Assembly (NCBI GenBank): GCA_951406725.2
Contig: OX597821.1
Span: forward strand, 21,948,001-22,012,000
Length of the DNA: 64,000 nucleotides
Direction of reading: 5' to 3'
Source: Octopus vulgaris
Taxonomy: Eukaryota
This document shows, piece by piece, positions 42,531 through 56,425 of this stretch (its first letter is position 1; every line of letters starts with the position of its first letter). The notes under the pieces were generated by a model. That model was given only the letters and a program-made list of their open reading frames with translations, was not told where the DNA came from and did not search any database. A program made the position numbers and the translations under genes.

Positions 42531-43348
42531 ATGTTACATTACTCGGTAGTCAAGATAAAACTCTGAGTTTCAGATGCCGAAGTGGAAATCCACAACACCA
42601 TCTCTTCGGTTATCTGGCTATTTGAAATGGTTATGAAAAAATACCGTTAAATAAAGGGAAATTACTATGTTATAACTCTGCTTGCCTGCGTACTTATACA
42701 TCGCTCGCATTTTTCGTCATAAAAATTATATAAAAATACATAAAAAATATATAAAAATATATAAAAATATATAAATTCTTCTTGGGACATAGAGATAAAG
42801 GTGTCGATTATAACATACAATGGAAGATTTTGGCTAGATATAAGCCCTATACTAACGGCAGCGGAAGGTGCGGTCTATGCGACATGGAGAGATGGCTTAT
42901 CTGGAAAAGCAGCTTAGACCCTACCACATGTCTAAATACAAGGACAGAGCTTTTCGGATCATGCCCACATGTGACTAAATTTCTGTTACGTTTTTGGTCC
43001 TCTAAAGAGAACAGATAGAACATGCTTTCTATGTTATGTCCCAAGAAGAATTTATATATTTTTATGCATTTTTATATAATTTTTATGACGAAAAATGCGA
43101 GCGATGTATAAGTACGCAGGCAAGCAGAGTTATAACAGAGTAATTTCCCTTTATTTAACGGTATTTTTTCATAACGTTTTCAAATAGCCAGATAACCGAA
43201 GAGATGGTGTTGTGGATTTCCACTTCGGCATCTGAAACTCAGAGTTTTATCTTGACTACAGAGTAATGTAACATATTGTATAGATAAATTTCCTCTATTT
43301 ACATAATATTGAGGTCTCTTTCTTTCTTTTGTTATCTTACCGTTTTAT

Positions 43349-43352
<4 letters not shown>
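42523..43352 (+). mobile_element. PLE 3' fragment (GIY-YIG C-terminus plus hammerhead tail) with an inverted copy of its tail at the 5' side
   Basis: DKGVDYNIQWKILARYKPYTNGSGRCGLCDME...LNTRTELFGSCPH..KFLL; arms 42523-42791 and 43035-43282. Confidence 0.88.
43191..43251 (+). ncRNA. Type I hammerhead-like motif (C4 variant); mirror copy on the minus strand at about 42553-42614
   Basis: gataa-CCGAAGA-gatg...catc-t-GAAAC-tcaga-GTT-ttatc. Confidence 0.55.
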
Positions 43353-43400
<48 letters not shown>

Positions 43401-43406
<6 letters not shown>

Positions 43407-43559
43407 GAAAGAAGGTTTGAAAATGCAATTTAAAAGATGTGTATTTACTTTACCGGTTTCACTCTTTGGAAAAAGATTGTCAAAGATTTCCAAAGAGTGA
43501 AACCGGTAAAGTAAATACACATCTTTTAAATTGCATTTTCAAACCTTCTTTCGTATATA
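43401..43559. mobile_element. Head-to-head palindromic PLE-type tail (~72 bp arms)
   Basis: Apparently perfect arms with a 14-nt spacer; each contains GAAAC-CG-GTA. Confidence 0.8.
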
Positions 43560-43595
43560 ATTCCACTCGTGCGGTACCCCACAACTCCACTTTGT

Positions 43596-43652
<57 letters not shown>

Positions 43653-43685
43653 TTTAAATATACATACATACATAAATACATATAT

Positions 43686-43735
<50 letters not shown>

Positions 43736-43819
43736 CGCATACACATATACATATTTAGAGAGATAGAATGAGTGATTGTTTCTAAGAAGCAGTCATTTTT
43801 ACCTGTTCTTATGATGAAA

Positions 43820-43975
43820 TGGTGGCAGGAAGCAAAATCTTTTCAGCATCAGACAAATGCCTTGAGTAATATTTCGTGTCTTAGCGTTCAACGTTTAAAA
43901 TTTGAAGGTTCGGAGACCAAATTGACCTTTCATAATTTTACCGAGGTCGATAAAAAAATGTACCACTTAAATATT
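43820..43975 (+). mobile_element. Old SINE family A, interrupted
   Basis: Degenerate head and ccgaggtcgataaa...gtacca. Confidence 0.6.
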
Positions 43976-44205
43976 TATATTTCTTTACTGCCCTCAAGGG
44001 GCTAAACATAGAGGGGACAAACAAGGACATACAAAGGGATTAAGTCGATTAAATCGACTCCAGTGCGAAACTGGTACTTTATCTATCGACCCCGAAAGGA
44101 TGAAAGGCAAAGTGGACCTCGGCGGAATTTGAACTCAGAACGTAACAACAGACGAAATACCGCAAAGCATTTCACCCGGCGTGCTAACGTTTCTGCCAAC
44201 TCACC
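43976..44205 (-). mobile_element. SINE family A with 17-bp TSD
   Basis: tgtaccacttaaatatt at 43959-43975 and 44206-44222. Confidence 0.92.
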
Positions 44206-44243
44206 TGTACCACTTAAATATTGCGTTACTTTTCTCTCCCCAG

Positions 44244-44317
<74 letters not shown>

Positions 44318-44628
44318 CTTTGCTGTCTGACTCTTCTGCACTTTCTGGAGCTATAAACTGACGAAGGAAAAATTATGGCCGTGTGTCTTCTTGGAATATT
44401 CCAGATTTTACGAAATAACTGTCTTGTAATTCAGTGCTGCATTTGTTCTTCCTTTTAGTCCGCTAATCTTTAAGAATCCCATAATCATTGTTGGTCATTC
44501 ATATATCCCTAATGACTTGGAGATCCACGGATATGATACTCTGTCAGACCTTTTTCATAATTTACCCAAACGTTCTACATGATCTTCTCTTTCTGAAGTT
44601 TGCTAATACTGTTTTACTTATACGTAGT

Positions 44629-45013
44629 GGAGGCGCAATGGCCCAGTGGTTAGGGCAGCGGACTCGCGGACATAGGATCGTGGTTTCGATTCCCAGACCG
44701 GGCATTGTGAGTGTTTATTGAGCGAAAGCACCTAAAAGCTCCACGAGGCTCCGGCAGGGGATGGTGGTAATCCCTGCTGTACTCTTTCACCACAACTTTC
44801 TCTCACTCTTACTTCCTGTTTCTGTTGTACCTGTATTTCAAGGGGCCGGCCTTGTCATTCTCTGTGTCACGCTGAATATCCCCGAGAACTACGTTAAGGG
44901 TGCACGTATCTGTGGAGTGCTCAGCCACTTACACGTTAATTTCACGAGCAGGCTGTTCCGTTGATTCGGATCAACCGGAACCTTCATCGTCGTAACCGAC
45001 GGAGTGCTTCCAC
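44629..45013 (+). mobile_element. Full-length tRNA-derived SINE family C with 13-bp TSD
   Basis: A-box tggcccagtgg, B-box-like ggtttcgattcc; acttatacgtagt at 44616-44628 and 45014-45026. Confidence 0.92.
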
Positions 45014-45649
45014 ACTTATACGTAGTATTATTACGGGCGGTGCGATGGAAAATGGTATTTGTACCGGAGCGTGAGCAAAATGGTATTTGTACCGGCTCTT
45101 TACGCTCTGGTTTCAAATCCCATCGATGTCAATTTTTTTTCTTTCATCCCTCCGAGATCTATAAAATAAGGTACCAGTTAAGTATTGCTATCAATGACAT
45201 GAACTAATCACCTCCTCTCAATGTTCCTGACCTGATACATAAATTAGATAATAAAAGCTTATATATTGCTATATCCACTTCAAAACTCACCGTTAAAATA
45301 ATTCATTTCACATCTTGAAACTTCTACGTTTTCACTATCTACATTTGTTTGTTTTAATGCTAGTTTGTTTTGTGCTTTTAATCTATATGAATTTTATCTC
45401 AATCTATTTTTCATTTTCTTTCATATCTTTAATTCATTCCTTTCATTTATTTGTGTTATCACGAATAGTTCCAACCCATACAGTATGAGATTTAGAGTTA
45501 TCTGTTCTTGGCTTAAGTTCTCTGTTGGGTTGTGTATTGTATTACCTTTATACACTGATATGATGTTCGCCATGTTTGTCTTGTCATTTGTTCTATCGGT
45601 TCTACAGTTTTATTTTATCTTCATATTTTTTTTCCTATGGCAAAATGCT

Positions 45650-45790
45650 TACTGAGTTCAAATTCTGACGATGTTGACTTTTCCTTTCACCCTTTCGCTG
45701 TCGATGAAACAAGTACTAGTTGAACACTGGATTCATTGTTATCGACTTTCCCCTTCCTAAAATTGCTGGCCTTGTTCAAAATATGAAATT
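45650..45790 (+). mobile_element. SINE family A, degenerate
   Basis: gagttcaaattc...cctttcaccctttcg.tgtcgat. Confidence 0.65.
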
Positions 45791-46782
45791 AATATTTCTC
45801 TTTCCTATATTCTTCTGTTCAGCTATGGTTATCCTTTCGTACTTTTTTCTATATATTTTCATGCTACATTATTGCGGTGAAATTTTGTATTTGTTTCTTC
45901 GTCAAATTTGTTAAGTTAACTCTGAAGGGCTTAGTTTAGCCGAAAGATTGTTTTCATAACCCCGAAGTATCCCGCGTGGATCTATTTCCACCTAATCCTT
46001 TTAGTTATGTTGTTGATTTTTTTGTTACTATTTAGTAACAGCTGGTGACATTCTCTCTCACTTGTGGTTCTATTTGGCTAAATCTAATTCACGAATTATT
46101 TCCTTGTTTAGCTTGCAGTTCCAGACATTTTGGGAACGACATTGCTATAATAGCTGCTAGACGGATGATAAGTCGAGAAAATCTAATAATTTAGATAATT
46201 CTAGATATATTTAAAAACCCTCGAGTTGATAGGTCGCATTTTTCTCAATAGACGAAGAGTGTGTAATGATGGCTGCAAGTGAATGTAGAATAAACAAACA
46301 CCAAACTGGCATTCAAATTAAAACTCTTCGTTTCGTTATGAGAACTAAACATTTGACAACCCGCTAAATACCACTGACAATCTGTTAATGATTTATTTCA
46401 ATTAAAGATGATATATTTACAGTCGTTTTTTTTTTTTGTTTGTTTGTTTGCTTTTTATTTTTCTCAGGAGCACATTAAATATTTGTAAACGTAAACAATT
46501 ATTGAGATCACAGATGATGTTTTCGAAAAGTACACTTTTTTCTTTGACACAGCAATCTTCGTGACAACTATTTTCGTTTTATACACTGCTATAACTCTTC
46601 TCCCTTTTCCTCGGAGCTTTTTAAAATTTTTTTTTTTTAAAGTTTTGCTCTTAAAGACGGTAATTCATTGTAGCCTTTCAGCTTTCATTTCGTTCGCTTG
46701 CTTTATTTATTATTATTTTTCAGTAGCTCTTTCTTTCTTGGATCATCGAAAAATCTTTACATACCCTCAACCGAATATTCCG

Positions 46783-47151
46783 CTTCTTCTTCTTCTTCTT
46801 CTTCTTCTTCTTCTTCTTCTTCTTCTTCTTCTTCTTCTATTTCTTCTTCTTCTTCTTCTTCTTCTTCTTCTTCTTCTTCTTCTTCTTCTATTTCTTCTTC
46901 TTCTTCTTCTATTTCTTCTTCTTCTTCTTCTATTTCTTCTTCTTCTTCTTCTATTTCTTCTTCTTCTTCTTCTATTTCTTCTATTTCTTCTTCTATTTCT
47001 TCTTCTTCTTCTTCTTCTTCTTCTTCTTCTTCTTCTTCTTCTTCTTCTTCTTCTTCTTCTTCTTCTTCTTCTTCTTCTTCTTCTTCTTCTTCTTCTTCTA
47101 TTTCTTCTTCTTCTTCTTCTTCTTCTTCTTCTTCTCCGCTTTCTTCTTCTT
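46783..47151. repeat. (CTT)n array with periodic ATTT interruptions
   Basis: Direct reading. Confidence 0.95.
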
Positions 47152-47333
47152 GCTATTATTAAGATGGTAAGCTGACAGAATCATTAGTGCTTCAGTCAAA
47201 ATGTTAAACCATATTTCCTCCGGCTCTTTATGTCCTCGTGTCAAATCCTGCCGAGGTCAACAATAGGATCGATGAAACCAACTAATCTCCTTCCCATAAA
47301 AGTGCTTGCTTTGTACAAAAATTTGAAGCCAAA

Positions 47334-47367
<34 letters not shown>

Positions 47368-47404
47368 GTTGTTGTTGTTGTTGTTATTGTTGTTATTATT
47401 ATTA

Positions 47405-47439
<35 letters not shown>

Positions 47440-47960
47440 GAGTGAGAGAGCAGCGCATGCCATCAAAGTGACACTGGGGTAAGATATACGAAGCCCAATA
47501 TACCCATCATGACTACGAGTCTGATAAGAGTACACCAGGTACATATATCTCAACCATATGTACGCGACATGATGATCTCATTTCAAGATAAACAGCTCAT
47601 GACCTTACAGGTGTGGCCCAGTTAGAATTTTCTTCATGTCGAATTGCCAATCCTGCTCAAAAGGTCCTTGAATATGTGTTGTTTAAGAATGTTGAACGAA
47701 ACACCCACGTTCCCAGAGATAAATTATTCAAACTCCAAAGAATTTCTCTTAACACATTTCTAAGATGCTCCCCTCCCCACTACTTCTGTTCAGATAGGCA
47801 CAAATCGTCAGCCACCAAGAGCAATGCTCAACTGGTTAAGGTCCAGCAACTGACTAGCAAATGTGTGGTACTGAGCAGAATATTTGTTGTAGCCCATCTT
47901 TTATACGGAGACAAAACATTACATGATAACATTTTTAATCAGTCAAGATCAGAAGCCATT
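47440..47960 (-). mobile_element. Interspersed repeat X, second copy
   Basis: Homologous to 9835-10350; abuts a TTA array and stops at the DNA transposon. Confidence 0.65.
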
Positions 47961-47965
47961 TATTA

Positions 47966-49538
47966 CACTGGTCTACAAGGATTTTGGTGTTTAGGAAATA
48001 GATATTCCTACACAAAATCGGTCTCCTGAATCCAAATATAGCATTCTTTTCGGCCTACCAGACCTAGTTTTTAAGTTATTGAGCCATATAATCACGTGGA
48101 TGACTGCTATTTTTGTAGCCTAAATTTGAAGGGTATTAACCGGAAAAAATCGACTAACACTTGTCCATCCTAATCTTGCCTCTGCTATTAGACCGGTTCT
48201 ACACAATGAAGAGGTTCCTGTTCCTGTTTTGCCTCAGATAACTTTACTCTCAACCAAAGAAGATCCATCACCTGAAATTGACACAAGAGATCAAGACTTT
48301 TCAGTTGAGACTTTACCTCAGCTATTCTGCCAGGTAGATCTGAAGGATCAACTTCGTGACTTGAACCTCAAAAAAATTCCTGCAGAAGAACTGTTGGCTT
48401 CCCGACTGAAGGTGAAGAATCTTCTAGAGAATGGTGTCCGTATAACCTTTTATCGGAGTCCGTATGAAGAGTTTCGTTCTTTCTCCACAAAAGAGGAAAA
48501 GCTGGTTTACTGCAGAGATGTCAGTGGGCTTCTTAATAAACTTGGAATTGAGGAATACAAAGCAGAGGAATGGCGTCTTTTCATAGACAGTTCTAACCGT
48601 AGTTTAAAATGTGTAAAGTTGCACAACGGAAATGTGTATGGTTCTGTTCCACTCAGCCACTCAACAACTCTGAAGGAAAAATACGAAGAAATTCTAAGTT
48701 GGCTTTAGAGAAGATACTGTATCATGAAACAGGAGAGACTGAATAAACCACTATGTTAAGAATGACTGACTGCCTCGAACAAATATGGCTCCATTGGAAG
48801 AACCTTTAATTGAGCGAGGTAAGATCATTTTCCCCCTTTCCACATCAAACTCGGATTCATCAAGCAATTTGTCAAAGTTCTTGACAAAAGTGGGGAGTGC
48901 TTCAAGTATGTCTGCAGTGTATTTCCAGACTTGACTATTGAAAAACTTTAAGCAGGGGATTTTTGATGGACCACAAATTCGTAAGCTATTGAATGACAAA
49001 TTTCGTAAAAACGATGAGCGAAAATGAAGCATCAGCTTGGCTACCATTTGCAGAAGTAGTGCAAAGTTTCCTTGAGAAACACAAAAGTGAAAACCTTTTA
49101 ACCAACTTGATATCAACTTTTCATGATATTGGCGCGAATATGAGCATCAAAATGCATTATCTTTTTAGTCATCTTGATCGTTTTTCTGAAAATCTCGGAG
49201 ATGTTAGCGATGAACAAAGCGAACGATTCCATTGGGACATCAAGATTGGAACTCGGTACCAAGGACATTGGGACGCTGTGATGATGGCAGACTATTGCTG
49301 GTTTATAAAATGAGAGGCTCCTGTTGCTCAACATTCAAGGTGCAAAAAGAAGCGTGAATTCATTCTTTGAATTTTCTGCCAAAAATCTTTGCCAATGAAT
49401 ATTTTCAATTTTGAACTTTATTAGTACTTTGTTTTGTTTTGTTTTGTGTTATGGAATCGCAAAATTCAAGAAACAAAATTCGAGTCATTCAGCTCAAATT
49501 TAGCCTCATCACTCCAAAACATCTTTGTCGGAGCACTT
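47966..49538 (+). mobile_element. Chapaev3-like (CMC) DNA transposon, degraded transposase
   Basis: PNLASAIRPV, WRLFIDSS.RSLKCV.LHNGN, HIKLG..KQFVK, GIFDGPQIR, SDEQSERFH.DI, RYQG.W...MADYCW; 5' CACTG and imperfect TIR-like right end. Confidence 0.8.
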
Positions 49539-49944
49539 ACATCTTTTAATTACCACTCACGAAGCTCCATTCTCCGGTCCGGATTATCTTCATTGACAGC
49601 ATACACACATTGAATAATTATAAAGACAGTGTTTATTAACTTACACGACATTTTCAAAATTTAATAGAATCTAATGGTAGAACTTACATTTTTTTTTTAA
49701 TGAAATTGGTGACCATCCTAATCCATGCAGTGCTGCTAATGCGAAGCAATGGAATAGAAAATTCAAGAACCATTTTGCTCAGCATCTCTGCACATCCTCG
49801 TTCAGTAGCTTCCTTCATTGATAGTATGAACCATTCTTAGAATGTAACTTTTCCAACTTCAAAATGCAAGGGACGCTTGACTGAAATCTCCATCTCACAA
49901 TTTACTGGATGCACAGTGTACAGATTCTCATAAAATCTGTCAAT

Positions 49945-50121
49945 ATGGCGCAGGAGTGGCTGTGTGGTACGTAACTTGCTAACCAACCACATGGTTCCGG
50001 GTTCAGCCCCACTGCGTGGCATCTTGGGCAAGTGTCTTCTGCTATAGCTCCGGGCCGACCAATGCCTTGTGAGTGGATTTGGTAGACGGAAACTGAAAGA
50101 AGCCTGTCGTATATATGTATG

Positions 50122-50186
<65 letters not shown>

Positions 50187-50385
50187 TTGTGTGTCTGTGT
50201 TTGTCCCCCTAGCATTGCTTGACAACCGATGCTGGTGTGTTTACGTCCCCGTCACTTAGCGGTTCGGCAAAAAGAGACTGGGCTTACAAAGAATAAGTCC
50301 CGGGGTCGATTTTCCTCGACTAAAAAAAAGGCGGTGCTCCATCCAGCATGGCCGCAGTCAAATGACTGAAACAAGTAAAAGAGTA
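49945..50385 (+). mobile_element. Full-length SINE family B with internal (TA)n(TG)n
   Basis: ggcgcaggagtggctgtgtggta...ggttcagcccc...gactgaaacaagtaaaagag. Confidence 0.92.
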
Positions 50386-50855
50386 ATAATTTTCCTGTAC
50401 TCTTCCTTCCAGAACGCGTCGATATCTGTGATCTTCCAGGACGCTACTTGAAGATATTCTGGTCAGTTCCATCTGCTCCAAACCTATCTCTAATTCGAAT
50501 GAATGGTAAACCGCGAAGATGGATTTCACTGTAAATCCCTCCTTATACTGATCTCCCTTTACATTAATCTCTCTTTGTTCTCATCTCTCTTTACACTCCT
50601 GCTCTCCCCCTCCCCTTTTGATCCTGGTTCTCTTTCTATTCTACACGTTCTTTCTCGTTCTCGTGTTCATTATTTTTCTTCTCATTCCTTACTGTTGTCT
50701 CTTCGCGTTCTCCTTCCTTTCTTCCTCTTCTGTATTATTATCGCTCTCCTCTCTCGTTCCTTTTTTCTTTCTCTCTCGTTTTCCCTTTTTTTCTCTCGTT
50801 TTCACTCTGTATCTCTATCAATTTCTTCCTTCACTCACTTTGGCTGATGTATTTC

Positions 50856-50914
<59 letters not shown>

Positions 50915-51042
50915 ACCGTGTATGTTTCTCCCTCTTTGTGTGAGTGTATGTGTGTTTTTCCCATCTCTCTCTTTTTTACACTATATACAAGTATATACAC
51001 TATATATATGTATATACATGTATATACACTATATACATGTAT

Positions 51043-51097
<55 letters not shown>

Positions 51098-51101
<4 letters not shown>

Positions 51102-51219
51102 CGTGATCACCGTGACCGACCAGGCTATCAGATGTTGCTACACATCGCTGGTCACAATGTGCTTCGCATTGTTTTAGCCTTTAAATGACACCACCCCGCT
51201 GGCTAAGCGAGCAGGCCAA
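51098..51219 (-). mobile_element. Short retroposon 3' end related to the RTE tail, inserted in a TA array
   Basis: Minus strand gaagcacattgtgaccagcgatgtgtagcaacatc resembles 1738-1773; terminal cacggtgat repeated twice. Confidence 0.55.
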
Positions 51220-51319
51220 TATATATATATATATTTCTCTCTGTCTATCTATCTATCTTTCTAACTATCTATCTATTTATCTCGATGTATTCGTCTCTCT
51301 TTGTGTGCATATATGTGTT

Positions 51320-51374
<55 letters not shown>

Positions 51375-51486
51375 ATATATATATATATTTATCTATCTTC
51401 TGTGTGCATGTCATTCTATATTTCTCACTATCTGTTTCTCTAAATATTTATATCTGTCTCTCTGTCTCTGTCTGTCTCTGTCTCTG

Positions 51487-51552
<66 letters not shown>

Positions 51553-51858
51553 CTTCAACAGACATAGTCCGTGTCGTCGACCTAATCTATTTACTGTGTA
51601 ATAAAGGGGACACAGTAGGATTCTGGATGTATGCAGTTGTATGGCATGTAATTGATACCGCCACAAAGACAAGGGACACACAGACACAGACATACATACT
51701 CACGCATACATACACATACGTATATATAAAAACATCGTATACACACATACTCATGCATACACACATAAACTTATATATATTTACTCATAACCACCAACAC
51801 ACATTCACGCACACACACACATGCAGATACAGCCACACACACAAGCATACATCCATAA

Positions 51859-51917
<59 letters not shown>

Positions 51918-52182
51918 TGATAAACAAATATATATATATACATATGCGTACATACTATGTGTATATATATATATATACATATATATATGCATATATTTGC
52001 ATTTATATGCATATACATGTATATACATACATATATAAATATATATATACATACATATATATGCATATATGTGTGCATGTATGCGTAAATATCTGCATGT
52101 ACATGAATATATATATATATATAAATGAACACACATACATATATGTATAATATATATGCATACATCTACATATACATACAAA

Positions 52183-52297
<115 letters not shown>

Positions 52298-52391
52298 CAT
52301 ATACATATATGTCTATGGACACAAATACCTTTGTTTAAGTATGCACATACATATGTGTATGTATCTTTCGATACACACAAACACACAAACT

Positions 52392-52452
<61 letters not shown>

Positions 52453-52979
52453 ATATATCTCTGCATAACACATGTATATTATACACATACAATCAGTTGT
52501 TCAATGATATCTTACTTTGGATCCGTCGCTAGGATACGCAGTTGAGTCAACCATAATGCTCTCTCTTCCAAAATCAATATAATTCTCTGTGTATGTGTGT
52601 GTCTGTCTGTGTGTAGGTGTAGGTGTGTGTGTGAGTGTGTGCGTGCATTTATACCTTCACCGTGGACTCATGTGCGCATGGATGTGAATATGCACATGTT
52701 GCATTTCGCATTAGTGTTTGTGTGTGTGTGTGTGTAGTGTTGTCATAAATGTGCAAATGTGTCCCGATACGTATATGCATGTGTCTGTGTGTGCGTACGT
52801 GTGCGTGTGTCTTTGATTGTGTGTGTGTGTGTGTGTGTGCTCGTCTATATGCGTATATGTGGTGTTGGTGCCTGCTTGTGTCAGAGTGTTTGTGTGTTCT
52901 CTTTACGAGTAACTGTACAGTTGTGTATATAAATTGGATGCGTCTGAATAGAAGTGTAATATGTATATATGCATATAAT

Positions 52980-52982
52980 TGT

Positions 52983-53020
<38 letters not shown>

Positions 53021-53480
53021 GTGGTGGTAGTGATGATGGTGGTGGTGGTGGTGGTGCTGCTGGTACTGGTGGTGGTGTTGGTGGTGTTGGTGATGATGAT
53101 AACGTTGATGATGATAACGTTGATGATGACAACGACGACGACGACGATGACGTCGACAATATGACGATGGCAAAGATGAGGAAAACGATGGCGGCTACGG
53201 AGATGATGACGTGACAACTACAACGATGATGACGAAATCAACAACCATGATGATGATGATGATGATGATGATGACCTTGATCATAATCATGATCACGACG
53301 ACGACCACGGAGACAATGACGTTGTACTTGTTGCTGCTGCAGCTGCTGCGGATGTTATAGTTGTTTCTGCGACTGCAATTGGTTTTGTTGTTGTTGTTGT
53401 CATCGTTGTCAGTGCAATCGTTGTTGTTGTTGCAGTGATGCTAGTGGTCGTTTGTTTTCTTGTTGTAGTTGTTGCTTGCA
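52980..53480. repeat. Compound trinucleotide low-complexity tract (GAT/GGT/GAC/GTT)
   Basis: Direct reading. Confidence 0.85.
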
Positions 53481-53589
53481 TACATGTCCCCGGTGGAGAA
53501 ACGTTCCCTAAAGTACAATGAGATATCCTACCATCCTCTTCCGAACTACCTTGTACTTTCCGATCCTCTACCGTACTCTATCTTGCATA

Positions 53590-53800
53590 TATGTTTGTGT
53601 GTCTGTGTTTGTCCCCCTAGCATTGCTTGACAACCGATGCTGGTGTGTTTATGTCCCTGTTACTTAGCGGTTTGGCAAAAGAGACCGATATAATAAGTAC
53701 TGGGCTTACAAAGAATAAGTCTCGCGGTTGAGTTGCTCGATTAAAGGCTGTGCCCCAGCATGGCCGCAGTCAAAACGGTAAGATAACAAAAGAAAGAAAG
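53590..53800 (+). mobile_element. SINE family B, 3' half
   Basis: ccctagcattgcttgacaaccgatgctggtg...cagcatggccgcagtc. Confidence 0.85.
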
Positions 53801-53861
53801 AGACCTCAATATTATGTAAATAGAGGAAATTTATCTGTAAAATAATGTGACAATTATTCAA

Positions 53862-53965
53862 TAGCTCGTGGAGTTTTAGATGTTTTCGCTCAATAAACAC
53901 TTACAACGCCCGGTCTGGGAATTGAAACCGCGAGTCCGCTGCCCTAACCACTGGGTCATTGCACA
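53862..53965 (-). mobile_element. SINE family C head
   Basis: Reverse complement gcaatgacccagtggttagggcagcggactcgcggtttcaattcccagaccggg. Confidence 0.8.
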
Positions 53966-53970
53966 TCTAT

Positions 53971-54020
<50 letters not shown>

Positions 54021-54023
54021 ACC

Positions 54024-54057
<34 letters not shown>

Positions 54058-54062
<5 letters not shown>

Positions 54063-54240
54063 CAAATAGATATAGTTCAAATTTACAGAAAACAAAAAAC
54101 AGGTGTATCAGTTTAACGCTCGAGAAGAATGGAAAAGCCTTTGACGATTCGAGCCTACGCTCTTTGACAGAAAGCTTTGAGAGGAAGAAATGGAGAGTGA
54201 ACGAGAAAAAACGGAGAGAGGTATAGGTTTTAACAGTTCA
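54058..54240 (-). mobile_element. P2 mini-element
   Basis: Minus strand cttt-CTGTCAAA-gagcgtaggctc-GAATC-GTC-aaag. Confidence 0.65.
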
Positions 54241-54644
54241 ACATGATGAATATATTAGAAAATTACAGTGAATACAGAGATTAGCATATTTGTATATTGT
54301 TTACTGACAGTGCGAGTAAGCTTGGATTTTCAGAAAAATTATCAACTAACTCGCACATTACAAATACAATTCGTAAGTGGAACCGTAAAAACATGCAAGA
54401 CATTTTCTAGAATGTAACATTGTTTTCGCTATGTACTTTCCAATGCTGGATGTTTGTATCTTTCATAGAAACCAGCTCCTTCTGCAAAGGAGAAATTTAA
54501 ATTAAAAACAAAAGAGAACCATACATACATACATACATACATACATACATACATACATACATACATACGTACGTACGTACGTACATACATACATACATAC
54601 ATACATACATACATACATACATACATACATACATACGTATGTTC

Positions 54645-55700
<1,056 letters not shown>

Positions 55701-55725
55701 TAAGTGTGGTGGGGATAGTGGCAGG

Positions 55726-55781
<56 letters not shown>

Positions 55782-55995
55782 GTATGTGTCGGTATTTACA
55801 AAAGAAAATTAACAACCATTTCGAAGTCTGTCCTATGCTTTGCTTTGTCAATGCGATGAAACCGTGCGTAGGCGAATGTTCGAAGACACTGTCTGTTTAA
55901 ACGTTGCATCTGTTTAAAGAAAACTTTACTCTACATAAACATATTGAGGACTTTTTCAGTTAATTTCTTAATATCTGTGTGAAATTATACATAAA

Positions 55996-56035
<40 letters not shown>

Positions 56036-56199
56036 GCGTGTGTGTGTATGTGCGTGTGCGTGTGTGTGTGTGTATGCATATGTTACATATGCATGTATCT
56101 GTGTCTGTGATCGTGCGTGCATGTATGTGTGTGTATGTGGGTGCATGAGTGCCTGCGTGTGTGCGTGTGTGTATATGTGTGTGTTTTTGTGTCTGTGTG

Positions 56200-56425
56200 T
56201 GTTTGTCTTTGTGCTTGTGTCTGTCACCCACCACCAGCACCACCACCTTAAAACCGTTGTTGGTATGTTTACGTCACCGTAACTTAGCAGTTCGCCAAAA
56301 TGAACCGATAGAATAACTACAACCAGACTTTAAAAAAAAAAGTACTGAGTTCGACTGTTCGACTAAAACCCTTTCAAGGCGATGCCCCACTATGGCCGCA
56401 GAGCAATGACTGAAATAAGTAATAA
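56200..56425 (+). mobile_element. SINE family B, 3' half, degenerate
   Basis: aacttagcagttcg...ccgatagaataa...tggccgca...tgactgaaa. Confidence 0.7.

Noticed and set aside
43332-43657. Two ORFs with identical N-termini on opposite strands
   Set aside because: Consequence of the palindrome at 43401-43559.
44370-44610. Very degraded Dong/R4 C-terminus on the minus strand
   Set aside because: Similarity too faint to support by eye; the same applies to 45800-46300, 49740-49940 and 56500-56880.
44629-44705. tRNA gene
   Set aside because: Head of a 385-bp TSD-flanked SINE with no complete acceptor stem.
46561-47175. Poly-Leu and poly-Ser ORFs
   Set aside because: (CTT)n array.
52969-53481. Asp/Gly-rich ORF resembling a structural protein
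   Set aside because: Compound trinucleotide tract with no convincing splice or domain context.
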